From Tubulanus polymorphus (taxonomy: Eukaryota > Animalia > Nemertea): 64,000 nt of DNA. Positions 24,010 to 39,203 of the stretch are shown in pieces. How positions within the stretch are numbered: position 1 is the first letter of the stretch; the number at the start of each line of letters is the position of its first letter. The notes beneath the pieces are model-generated. The model was not told the origin of the DNA. It saw only the letters and a list, made by a program, of their open reading frames with translations, and made no database searches. The stretch is taken from positions 20,764,950-20,828,949 of the forward strand of contig NC_134029.1 of the NCBI RefSeq assembly GCF_964204645.1. The letters run 5' to 3'. Made by a program: the position numbers and the translations under genes.

Positions 24010-26609
24010 ATAGCGCATATTTATTTTTGATGTACTCAATTTATCTGAATGGATGAAAAAGTTAGTTTCCGCGGGTGGCGGTCAAACAACTCGATTGAGA
24101 ATCTCTCATTCATGTTGAACTGCATGCACATATAGTCAAACATACATTGAGGTCAGGAGTTGACTCTTTGGTCAAAAACTGCTGTTACCTCTAATAAATA
24201 TTATAGTGCATTAACATGAACATAAACGTTTCATTTCCGTATACAGTATACAGCTGTCGAAGTCAACATGTTTCATTTAGTATTTTTGGTTCATCAGTTG
24301 AGTTTTCGTGTTGGTCCAACGCCTTAGTTGAATCTCCTGGGCCTGGTTTCATAGACTGAGTATCAAAGTTATCCCTAGGGGTAAATCCACAATCCAGGGG
24401 ACAACCACCTTAGAAATAATGTGAAACAATGGTTATAACTGACAAATTTCAAAATGTTCCCAGGGACTATTTTTCTTCCACAATTATGAAACCCAGCCCA
24501 GATGCTTGAACCGAACAGCCAAACAATGATTATTGAGAGCTTATTACCAACAAGAACTGAAGAAGCTTTCCTTCCTTTCCTCTGCTTCAAGACAACAACC
24601 TAGAACGCAACCAAACGAATACAAAGATCGACTTTGTTTTTACAAGATTACTCTTTTATTTATCACAAGACTTTTAAGATAATTGAATTCCAATAGAAAC
24701 TTTCCATGAAAACTTCCACCACATGTTATGTAATGTCGAAAAAAATTCACAGTTCTGGCGTAATGGAATTTCTAAACTCAAAAGAAGAAAGAACACACTG
24801 TAGAGTAGTCAGATAATGTAGTATAAATTGAATGGAAGATCAAGGGAACTAGAATACGCATTATGGTCGTCACACAGATTTCGCCTCGACTGGTTATTTA
24901 GAGGGTAAGCATTTTTAAGCTATTATATATAATATGATAAATCATCTATGCTTCGCCGATTCTCAAAACGCGCTTGTCACAAAATACCAGTCGCGTACGA
25001 TCGTTTTCAGGGAAATCGCAAAATTGAAAAAAAAAAAACGATCACTTTTTTGGCTTAAATTAAACGAGCATGCAAGTATGTGATATGCGAAATCATAAAT
25101 TACCGAATATTATAAAATAATATATGTATTTCTTAAATGAATAGAAGAAACTACCCCGATGCAAGACACGAACGACACAATGAACAACTGGTTTCAACGC
25201 AACCATAAGAGATCTTTTTAAACAACACAAGTTACACGTGTTAATATTATACCCCTCCCTTCCTAAATACACTGTCGAACATCGTCTTAAAGCTATATAC
25301 GTTTCGCGAGCATTCTATTCATCTCGGACGCGATAATACTGAACGCTACGTTTTTTATTAATGCAAAAAGCTCTCGAGAAATCACAGTTTCGTAAATAGA
25401 CAGAGAGGTTGAAAATAAGAGTGTGCTTCCTAGTACAGAAGACTCAACTGTCCGAACACAATTTCAGATGGATACGCTACATTTTTGCCCAAAGCCCTCG
25501 CCATACTTAATAGTTAACAGTTTATACATGCATGATTCAGAAAAATATGTTTTAAAACATATTTACATAGAATCAAAACAACTGTGACAGATTTTTCGCC
25601 ACAACGTCGTCAATATGCGCCTAACGGCTCTAGTCTTAATCCCAAAACGAATGTTGTATTTGAATTTCATCTTATCGACGCATTTGACTAAACGGAAATC
25701 GAAAACAAGTCTTGATTGCACGCTACAATAATAATAATAATAATAATCCGAAAATATTAATAATAATAATAATTATGATATTTCTATCAAAAATAGTGAA
25801 CAAAAAATACACTGAAACAGATCTTTAACTACGTGTGAAACATTGAGGTGGTATCACGCGATGGTTTACACCATTACCTATAGGCATACGTCTTACTTAC
25901 TTCAAGGTCGTAAATGGGTACGTTTCGAAATTTTAAAAAAATATCAACAAACGACAAATCTTTCAATGAGAAAATCACAACAACTACGGTTTTACTAACT
26001 ACATCACGAAAACACGGCCAGCCATATATAAATATGACGAATATTATTATCATTACATGTAAGAACAGTAAAACAGTTTCATAGATGAAGATTGTATGAA
26101 TTTCGAATTTTTAACACGTATCAGCTTCGTAAAATATACAGGATTATCCCTGGTAAATAAAACTCTCAATGATTCAACTGACTACCGCACTACGATAATG
26201 CCCTGACTTGTTTTTTTTTGTTTTTCTATTTCAGGCGTGTGTTTTGAAAATAGATTTTTTTTCACGTGAGAGCGACATAAAGAGGGACGGATGGCTTTAG
26301 AATTCAGAGTGTTCGTTCATTTACCGGGGAGAATACCTGAATAGTATCAACAACAACACACACACTATAAATCTACGTACGCGATACATTTTTTACGATA
26401 CAATTTCAATAATTAAATACATGCTTTAATATAATAATGAATATTATCTTGATTTCGCTCCCTGCTTTAATTGCGACGGCCATGCATCCTAATGATTTAA
26501 TAACAAACTCTCTCGGGTAATATTGAATGTAACTTGAGTTGCAAAGACTGAACGAATGTCGACGAGACCACCGTCTTTTTTTTCGGATCTGCGGTCGTTG
26601 AGCTGGGGT

Positions 26610-30133
<3,524 letters not shown>

Positions 30134-30604
30134 TTCGATGATTTTCTACAGGTCCCGTTCTTCAGATGCGGCGCTTGAATAAAGTGGCTGGTGTGAGGTC
30201 CCGTGCGCTAACCGTAAATAAAATCGAAATCCATTACTAGGTACGACGCATGGAAACACGAATATGTTTGTTCAGCGCTATCTTGCCACAAATCCCGTAA
30301 AATTCATTGAAATATATTGGATTAAACGTTATTCAATATTGACCAACACGAATCAGTAGATTGTGAATTGAGAATTATTCTGGAATTTTTCGTTAAACAA
30401 TAACGGAACGACGAACGCTGTTTTAGTTCAATTCACATGATATAAAATCTAAATCTGATTAATTACAAAATAGATTAATTTGAGATTACTACAATTACTC
30501 GATATTAAGTACCTATACTTAATCATGTAACATATTCGAGCGGTTTAAATACTTTTGGATTGCGCAATACACGCGGTCACGAATCGTGCACTGATCGGTC
30601 TCCA

Positions 30605-31144
30605 ATGGCGTTCGTTTACGCCAGGATGAATTTTTCACGTATTTTACCTCATTTTCTGGGCTTTGGGGGCACCCGCAGTTCTGTATGTCAACTCGGACGA
30701 GCTGTTTTACAAAAAAGGTAAACTGAAATTTTTATTTATTGATTAAAACTATATATTTCATCTACGAAAATGTCTTTATTTTGTTAAGAATACATGGTCA
30801 AGTTAAACTACAAATTTATTTTATTGTTTTTGACAGGCATAACTGAACTTGTAATTTCTCTTTTCAGAGTCGTCGCGCAGCCTGGATTCCTTCAGTCGGT
30901 GTGTCGGAATTTTTCTGCCATCGGAAATAATACGACTGCAGAGAATTGTGTAACTACGAACGACAATATTCAAAACCCGCTATTACAGTTTACGAGGACT
31001 AGAGTCGCAAAATATAACTTTTACCGACCGAGCGCGATTAAACGTATGAGAAAACACGGAAAGGAGACTCGATTACGTAAAATCGGAGGACTTAAAGTAT
31101 TATGGAGGCGGTATCTAAAGGGAAGACATGTTTGGCACGCTTGA
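30605..31144 (+). CDS. MRPL34: Mitochondrial ribosomal protein bL34m
   Basis: Exons 30605-30717 and 30868-31144 (phase 2). Presequence-like MAFVYARMNFSRILPHF... then L34 domain FYRPSAIKRMRKHGKETRLRKIGGLKVLWRRYLKGRHVWHA*. Confidence 0.88.
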
Positions 31145-32257
31145 ACTGATACTCTGGCGTGTTGAACGAACTGATACCTTTCAATTTGTACTGTGTTTGT
31201 AATTAATTGCATGTATGAGCGCTAGACGATTTACTGTAGAAAGAAATGCTTAACTTCTGTTCCTGATGAAGTATTAAAGTTGTCATTATCTTATTTAAAA
31301 TGAGTTGCTTGTTTGATAGTTTTATTCCTGTTGGATTATTCTGGTCAACTATCTATCTATATCATGATATTTTGTGGTTGCATAGTCCCTTAGAGTATTT
31401 TTTGCTGTTGAAGTAGGCCTTTATCAGTAACATTGAGATTTTATCATCACCAACAACTGATGGGTGTAAGAATGATCTTATGCTTGTCCGGCCACCTGGG
31501 AATTTTGGAAACGTTGAACTTTTTTATGAATACTACCTTATTAGATTCCAATATTTTCTAAATAAAATCATTTTCTTCATTTCAAAATATTCTGAATATC
31601 GCCTACCTATGGAATTCCTCAAGGGCCATACGACTTTAGAGTTACGATTTAGGAATTACGTTTTAAGAATTACACGCTTCAGTCCCGGAGTTATTTTAGA
31701 TATATTATAGGCCAGTGTGTGATAGTTTTCTGAAGGGCCGACCTACCCAGTCAGCGTTAGGATCCCGATTCTATTGTCCCTGCTGTTTTCTGTCACTCAA
31801 CTTGTCAATGACTCCAGACCTAAGGATCCATCACACATCATTGGAGCCGCTTTCCTTTGAACCCTGGCTAGTTTTAAATGACCCCAAGTCCGGGTGGAGT
31901 AAAGACATCCATAAGACATAGTAGAATCAGTTCTTATTTGTAAAACTTTCGAAATCCAACTTATCTACCATCTCCGGCCACATAATCAATTATTATCTAG
32001 GGGTATCAACGCGATCTCTACTAGATTTTGGTAAACGTCACTGTGTCACACTGCTTTCTTCGTCCTCTTCTATCCCCCCCCCCCCCATTACATAATTTGT
32101 ATTCATCCTGAACTGTTCATATTTTGTGGTCTCTACAGTATCGGTACCCCTGGTTGTTTTCATTTGTCACTTGTTCTGTTAACATTTATTCGGACACATT
32201 GCTTTTGTTTATGTCCTGTCAGTTTATTTGCTACGTAACTTCCGTTTTCTGGTCATT

Positions 32258-32299
32258 CCACCTGATGATGGCTGTTAGTCAACAGTCAAAACATTGTGG
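32258..32299 (+). ncRNA. Degenerate minimal hammerhead ribozyme in a Penelope-like element relic
   Basis: CCAC-CTGATGA-T-GGCTGTT-AGTC-AACAGTC-AAAA-CATT-GTGG: stem I, CUGAUGA core and stem II are intact, but the GAAA box reads AAAA. Confidence 0.6.
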
Positions 32300-35200
32300 T
32301 TGGTTTCGTTTTAATAGATTATTTCATATAAAATTCGAATCGTGCGGTCAACATCTGTCAACGGGCAAAGTCGTATACAGATTAGCTTTTTACAGTACCT
32401 ACAACACCATTGGGACCCCTGGGTGAAACCTACGAGCAATTATCTAAGTTAGACAATTGCTCGTAGGTGAAACTGATTGGACAACAGCAATGCCCGCCGC
32501 CCAGTTTCATAAAAAGGTTTAACACAAATCGATTTAATTTCTTCACTAATTCAGTTTATGTTAAATCGATTTTGGCCTTTATCCAGGAGTTGCAATATTA
32601 AACTTAACAAATTTCAAAATCAATCATATTTATTCTCATACAACAATCATACAAAATGCCAGGATTGCTCGAGGAATTATAATGTAAGCTCCTCAAACAC
32701 GTGGACTTTCAAAAACAATTAGTCCAACCACCATAGGCGTATAAACTATAAACGAGAGTTTATAGGCCCATGGTCCAAACATAAGACTCTAAAACAAAAA
32801 AGTCTATGGCCCAACCATGGACTCAATTGCCCATGGCCCCCGCACTTAAACAAGAGATTACCCTGGCCAAATACTCTGGAAAGCGTAGGATTAAGTAATC
32901 AATCTGATTTACATTTTTACATCATTTTATTTCACATATCAAATTATTAACTTTTAGCTTATTTTCTCAAATTTTAATAGTAATTTTATTTCTATTAAAA
33001 ATGTACTATGTATGAAATTGTACAAACTTTACCATGTAAGGTATTTATCAGTCTTTATATATGATACATTTCCAATACAGCTGATTTATACAATTTGCAT
33101 CCATAGGAAAATAACAAAAATACACAAAGAATTGTAAACTTTGATCCATAAAACACCGAAAATTTGACTAGTCTGAAAGTCGTAAGATTATGAATTTGAC
33201 AATTCATGAGGTCAATATAACCGACACTTTGTTATATTTCATGAAATATGAACCTATCATGTCAACTTTTCAAATGACATCTCAATTATCAAGAAAAAGC
33301 TGAACTTTTTTCGATTAGGGCCTTAATAAATCAGTGTTTTATGAACGATTGATATAATTATACCTAAATGACAGGTATTTATGTACTCGAGGAAGTGCCT
33401 CAGTCATTTACAAAAGCATGACCTGTATTTCAAAAAAAGTCTCCAATATAAAATATAAAAACATTAAAACCAAGATAACAATACAAGATAACTAGAGTTT
33501 TGCCACCTTTGCTCAGACATGATCAAATTGGTTATTTTCTCACATGTTACATTTAATACAAAGTATTTTGGAGGTATCCTCTTATATGCAATCAACAAGA
33601 TAAAATTGTTCACCTGTCAATTTGAATACAGCTGGCACAATCTACTCATTAACACTTCATATATCCTCATTTATCAGGAGACTGCTCCTCTATTTTCCAT
33701 AAGGACCTTAATAAAAAATAGTATTTTATGAACCACTGATCGAAAAGCACCACAGTGAAAAAGTTGCCCACTCTATGTAAGGGATGAATGTGTCACAATC
33801 GCACTGCTCATGTAGGACAGGTTGATTTTTGAGAGTCAAGTGATAATACATATATGCTTGCCCCAAGTCAAGTGGCATTTATTCCTTAGATCAAACCCAG
33901 CAAACTATTATAAAGGTTTTTCCTTGTGACAATTCAAGATAAATCGAGTATCTACAAAACAAATATGGTTTAACTGACAAAGCTACAGTAAATACATGTA
34001 TCTTAATTATTGATCGTAGATATAAATACAACTCTATATAAAGATCAGAAATTCTTCTTGTCCAGATATTACAGGCCCCACACAGATGCGGTTAAACCCC
34101 GATAATCAAAACAAAGCTAGGACAATTGACCAATTAGCATTGTATCCTAAAGTTATCAAGAAACTGCTGCTATTTTCTACAGGTCCTCAATTAAATCAGT
34201 ATTTCATGAACCACTGAAAAGCACCAAAGTGAAATTGTTGCTATAAAACTTAACAACTGAAATGTTTCAACATGAATGATGAAAATGTACATCGTTTTAT
34301 TCACACAACAATAATATCTCAAGCGAGGAATCATCATGCAAGTTCCTAATTTACAAACATGCAAACTGCGTTACAATAACAGTCTCCAACATAAAAGCAT
34401 TAAAACTAGAGATGAGAAACTCTGATTCACTCTGGAAATGTTAGTATCAATTAATCAGTCTTAATTTCATTTTCATTAACATTACTTTCACTAGAAAACT
34501 AGAAATATGCCAACTTTGCCCCGACTTAAAGATTACCTAACACCTTGACATTACATACTAAGTATTCTGACGTTTTTTCTTCCAGCTTTGAAAAGATCAA
34601 CGTAATTATACAATTGGTAACTAATCAATAATATCAATAACTTTAAGTTTATAGCTGTTTAACATTCTTTAAGAAGTATTTACCAGAATTTAGACAGTGT
34701 AACAATCAACAGTCACAGCAGTGATTGAGCGCGGCTAGTTGAAAGGAGGGTCGATCTTTCATCACAGTTATTCAAAGCATTCTATCATATCCGTTTTTTT
34801 TTAAGTGTGTTCGGTTTAGTTAAGGTTTATGGTTATTTGTTTTGTTCATTACAATAACTGAGTTGATAGAATGCTTTGAATAACAACAGAAAAGATCTCG
34901 GATTTTCGCTATACTTAGGGAAGGTTGTTCGATAAATGAAGAACCTCGTTGATAAATAATTGAAAAAATGCCTTTTCATGTAAATAGAATATTAATTTAT
35001 TGTTTGTTTGTATTGTTGTTTATTCTATTTATTATTTATTGGTTTTTTTTATTTTTTAGAATTAATCTATGTACTTGTATTTTGAATTATGTATTATTTA
35101 TACTCCTCTATTTACAACTGCAGGCATTTTTTCACTGTAAGTTCTGGGCCCATTTTAAAAAAGCACTACTAATTCACTGCCGCTTCTTAATAATCATTAT

Positions 35201-35807
35201 ACACCCGATTTGAAGCTAAGTGATTATTCACGAGAGCCATCTCGCGATATGGATTTACCCATTACAATAAAAGAAGTTCAAACAGCTATAAACAATGTTA
35301 AAACGTTCAAAATTAGTCCTAGCTATAACTTTAGCTTTACCTCTCAAATGTAAATAATGGTCTCCTTTTAGATAAAGCTTTCGCTTTCAAATACGTAGCA
35401 TCGAACAGATTGATGGAGGCTCAAAGTTAAAACTCCATGTGAAAATCGACATATATGATTCATTTCTCAAATTGGTTACACGGGTCTTCGAAAATATCAA
35501 CCTAACCTAACTCGACCTATCTATCAACCAAAGATCGAAGACCAATATCGTGAATTAATGGAGCTTAGCTTTTATTAGACTCTAAGAAGGATATTTCTGT
35601 CACATTGCAAAACACATAACACATCTTTTTACAAACTCATTATAAAATAGTTTTCTCTATATTGAAATATTCAAACGTAGAGTTCCTTTCTCAGGCCGAA
35701 GGAACCTAATTATCTAACTAATTATCTAACTATTTTCAATATTCGACTCAACAACTATTTTCATACTCCATTCCACGCAATCAGGTATACTTTTAAAACT
35801 ATGTTAC

Positions 35808-36800
35808 CTATCAGACTGGTCTGAAAAAGGGTGATATTAGTAAAAATATCAATACTTTACTACAGAGGTCTTTGCCGCTGCTAGATCTCAGTGCTAGATC
35901 TCAGAGATAAACCATTGTCTTTGTTGCTTCGGTGTTTATCCTGAATCAGATTTTATAAGATAATCCATTGTCTTTGCTGCGCGAATCAGTGTTTATAAGA
36001 TACACCATCATCTCTGCTGCTCCTGATGTTTTATCGAAATCAACCACCGATTGTAGAAGATTCCATCGTTGAGTGATTAATCCGTCGCTGGCTCCTAAAC
36101 TTCTCATCTGGACTTCTGCAGTTTTCATCAGCAAATGGGTCAATGGGTATTTGTCTACTTGTGTCATCTTCAGGCCATTATTTCCGGGATGTAGTTTGAC
36201 TGAAACAAAGTGAAGAAAGCAAAACATTTTAGACAGATTTATCATAACTTACATGTCATTTCAAATTACAAGCCACCGTGTTTTTCACTTAGTTAATATG
36301 GTTATTTCCAAAATCAGAATTTATTACTCCAAGGTGTAAGACTAGTAAAGATAAAAGTTCTAAGATCAGCCATGTGGACAGGTAAATAGATTTCGTTGAT
36401 AATCACTTATCAAATGATATTCATATGAGGCCTGAAATTTCTATATACCGGTAATTTCCATCTAATGAGTTTGATTCTTCTGTGGGTTGTTCAAATCCGT
36501 AGATTTCAGATAAGTAGTTGATTTTAAGCCGGTCTCTTTCTCATAGTTGAAACTTAGCTGCAATGAGTAAATAAATATATCCTGTAATCATGACATTTAG
36601 AAATCATCGTAATAACTCCATGTATATCAAGTTACCTTTTATGATTGCTGGTTTCATCATCGACGAGGATCTCCTAAGTCGGTTGGTTTCTGTGCACTGT
36701 TCTCTAATCGGCAGATTTTTTATGAGTTGTTGACCTCAAAATCTCGTTTGACTTTTCGAGATGGTGTCCCTTACAAACCTACCACACCTGCCGGGAGCGA
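35808..36800 (-). other. Candidate spliced transcript (lncRNA or 92-aa orphan ORF)
   Basis: Donor AAG|GTAACT at 36635, acceptors at 36558 and 36200, donor TAG|GTAACA at 35807. Joining 36636-36660 to 35946-36199 gives MMKPAIIKVKLHPGNN...YKI*. No recognisable homology. Confidence 0.35.
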
Positions 36801-37129
36801 AACGGCGGTTTTTTTCAAAATCGGAAATTGAAGTACAGATATAGTTGCGTAATCGGCGGTCGTTTTTACAGATCTTTTTTTTTTAAGTCCAAGAACATAA
36901 TTGGTAATTTGGTTCCGGTTCATTCAAACAATCTTTTATTCTGCCTAATTCTGATTTTGGAAATAACTATATTACAAGGTTGAAGATAATTTTACAATAT
37001 TTGGTCTTTTTTTATGTAACTAGTCCGAAAGTTTACAATGTTTAATAATTTTGTCTAACTTTAATTTTTTTGGTCGTTTTCACCGTTTAAAGTCGAAGCA
37101 CATATTAAGTGACTGATTGGGGTTAACTT

Positions 37130-39203
37130 TTTTCCTGCCTAATTTAATACATCAAGATTTTGGAAATAACTATATTTTACGATATTTGGTCTTGTTTTCA
37201 TGGAACTAGTCCGAAAGTTTACAAGGTTGAATAATTTTATCTATTTTTTTCTGCCTAATTGTATACATCGAGATTTTGGAAATAACTATATTTTACAATA
37301 TTTGGTCTTTTTTTCATGTAACTAGTCCGAAAGTTTACAAGGTTGAATAATTTTATCTATTTTTTTTCTGCCTAATTTAATACATCAAGATTTTGGAGAT
37401 AACTATATTTTACAATATTTGGTCTTTTTTTCATGTAACTAGTCCGAAAGTTTACAAGGTTGAATAATTTTATCTATTTTTTCTGCCTAATTGTATACAT
37501 CGAGATTTTGGAAATAACTATATTTTACAATATTTGGTCCTTTTTTCCATGTAACTAGTCCGAACGTTTACAAGGTTGAATAATTTTATTTTTTTCTGCC
37601 TAATTGTATACATCGAGATTTTGGAAATAACTATATTTTACAATATTTGGTCTTTTTTTCATGTAACTAGTCCGAAAGCTTACAAGGTTGAATAATCTTA
37701 TCTATTTTTTTCTGTCTAATTGTATGCATCGAGATTTGGGAAATAACTATATTTTACAATATTTGGTCTTTTTTTCATGTAACTACTCCAAAAGTTTACA
37801 AGGTTGAATAATTTAATCTATTTTTTTTTCTGCCTAATTTAATACATCAAGATTTTGGAAATAACTATATTTTACAATATTTGGTCTTTTTTTCATGTAA
37901 CTAGTCCGAAAGTTTACAAGGTTGAATAATTTTATCTATTTTTTTCTGCCTAATTTAATACATCGAGATTTTGGAAATAACTATATTTTACAATATTTGG
38001 TCTTTTTTTTCATGTAACTAGTCCGAAAGTTTACAAGGTTGAATAATTTTATCTATTTTTTTCTGCCTAATTGTATACATCGAGATTTTGGAAAATAACT
38101 ATATTTTACAATATTTGGTCTTTTTTTCATGTAATTAGTCCGAAAGTTTACAAGGTTGAATAATTTTATCTATTTTTTTCTGCCTAATTGTATACATCGA
38201 GATTTTGGAAATAACTATATTTTACAATATTTGGTCTTTTTTTCATGTAACTAGTCCGAAAGTTTACAAGGTTGAATAATTTTATCTATTTTTTTCTGCC
38301 TAATTTAATACATCGAGATTTTGGAAATAACTATATTTTACAATATTTGGTCTTTTTTTCATGTAACTAGTCCGAAAGTTTACAAGGTTGAATAATTTTA
38401 TCTATTTTTTTCTGCCTAATTGTATACATCGAGATTTTGGAAATAACTATATTTTACAATATTTGGTCTTTTTTTCATGTAACTACTCCGAAAGTTTACA
38501 AGGTTGAATAATTTTATCTATTTTTTTCTGCCTAATTTAATACATCGAGATTTTGGAAATAACTATATTTTACAATATTTGGTCTTTTTTTCATGTAACT
38601 AGTCCGAAAGTTTACAAGGTTGAATCATTTTATCTATTTTTTTGCTGCCTAATTTAATACATCAAGATTTTGGAAATAACTATATTTTACAATATTTGGT
38701 CTTTTTTCATGTAACTAGTCCGAAAGTTTACAAGGTTGAATAATTTTATCAATTTTTTTTTCTGCCTAATTTAATACATCGAGATTTTGGAAATAACTAT
38801 ATTTTACAATATTTGGTCTTTTTTCATGTAACTAGTCCGAAAGTTTACAAGGTTGAATAATTTTATCTATTTTTTTGCTGCCTAATTTAATACATCGAGA
38901 TTTTGGAAATAACTATATTTTACAATATTTGGTCTTTTTTTCATGTAACTAGTCCGAAAGTTTACAAGGTTGAATAATTTTATCTATTTTTTTCTGCCTA
39001 ATTGTATACATCGAGATTTTGGAAATAACTATATTTTACAATATTTGGTCTTTTTTTCCATGTAACTAGTCCGAAAGTTTACAAGGTTGAATAATTTTAT
39101 CTATTTTTTTTCTGCCTAATTTAATACATCGAGATTTGGGAAATAACTATATTTTACAATATTTGGTCTTTTTTCATGTAACTAGTCCGAAAGTTTACAA
39201 GGT
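37130..39203. repeat. Tandem satellite, ~116-bp unit, ~18 copies
   Basis: CTAGTCCGAAAGTTTACAAGGTTGAATAATTTTATC... recurs every 112-118 bp from 37206 to 39182; degenerate precursor copies at 36940-37130. Confidence 0.97.

Noticed and set aside
34756-34897. Inverted repeat as a pre-miRNA
   Set aside because: The arms are ~35 bp around a ~70-nt loop, typical of a small MITE relic rather than a miRNA hairpin.
37130-39203. Regular repeat array as CRISPR
   Set aside because: Units are contiguous with no unique spacers, there are no cas genes, and the context is eukaryotic. It is a satellite.
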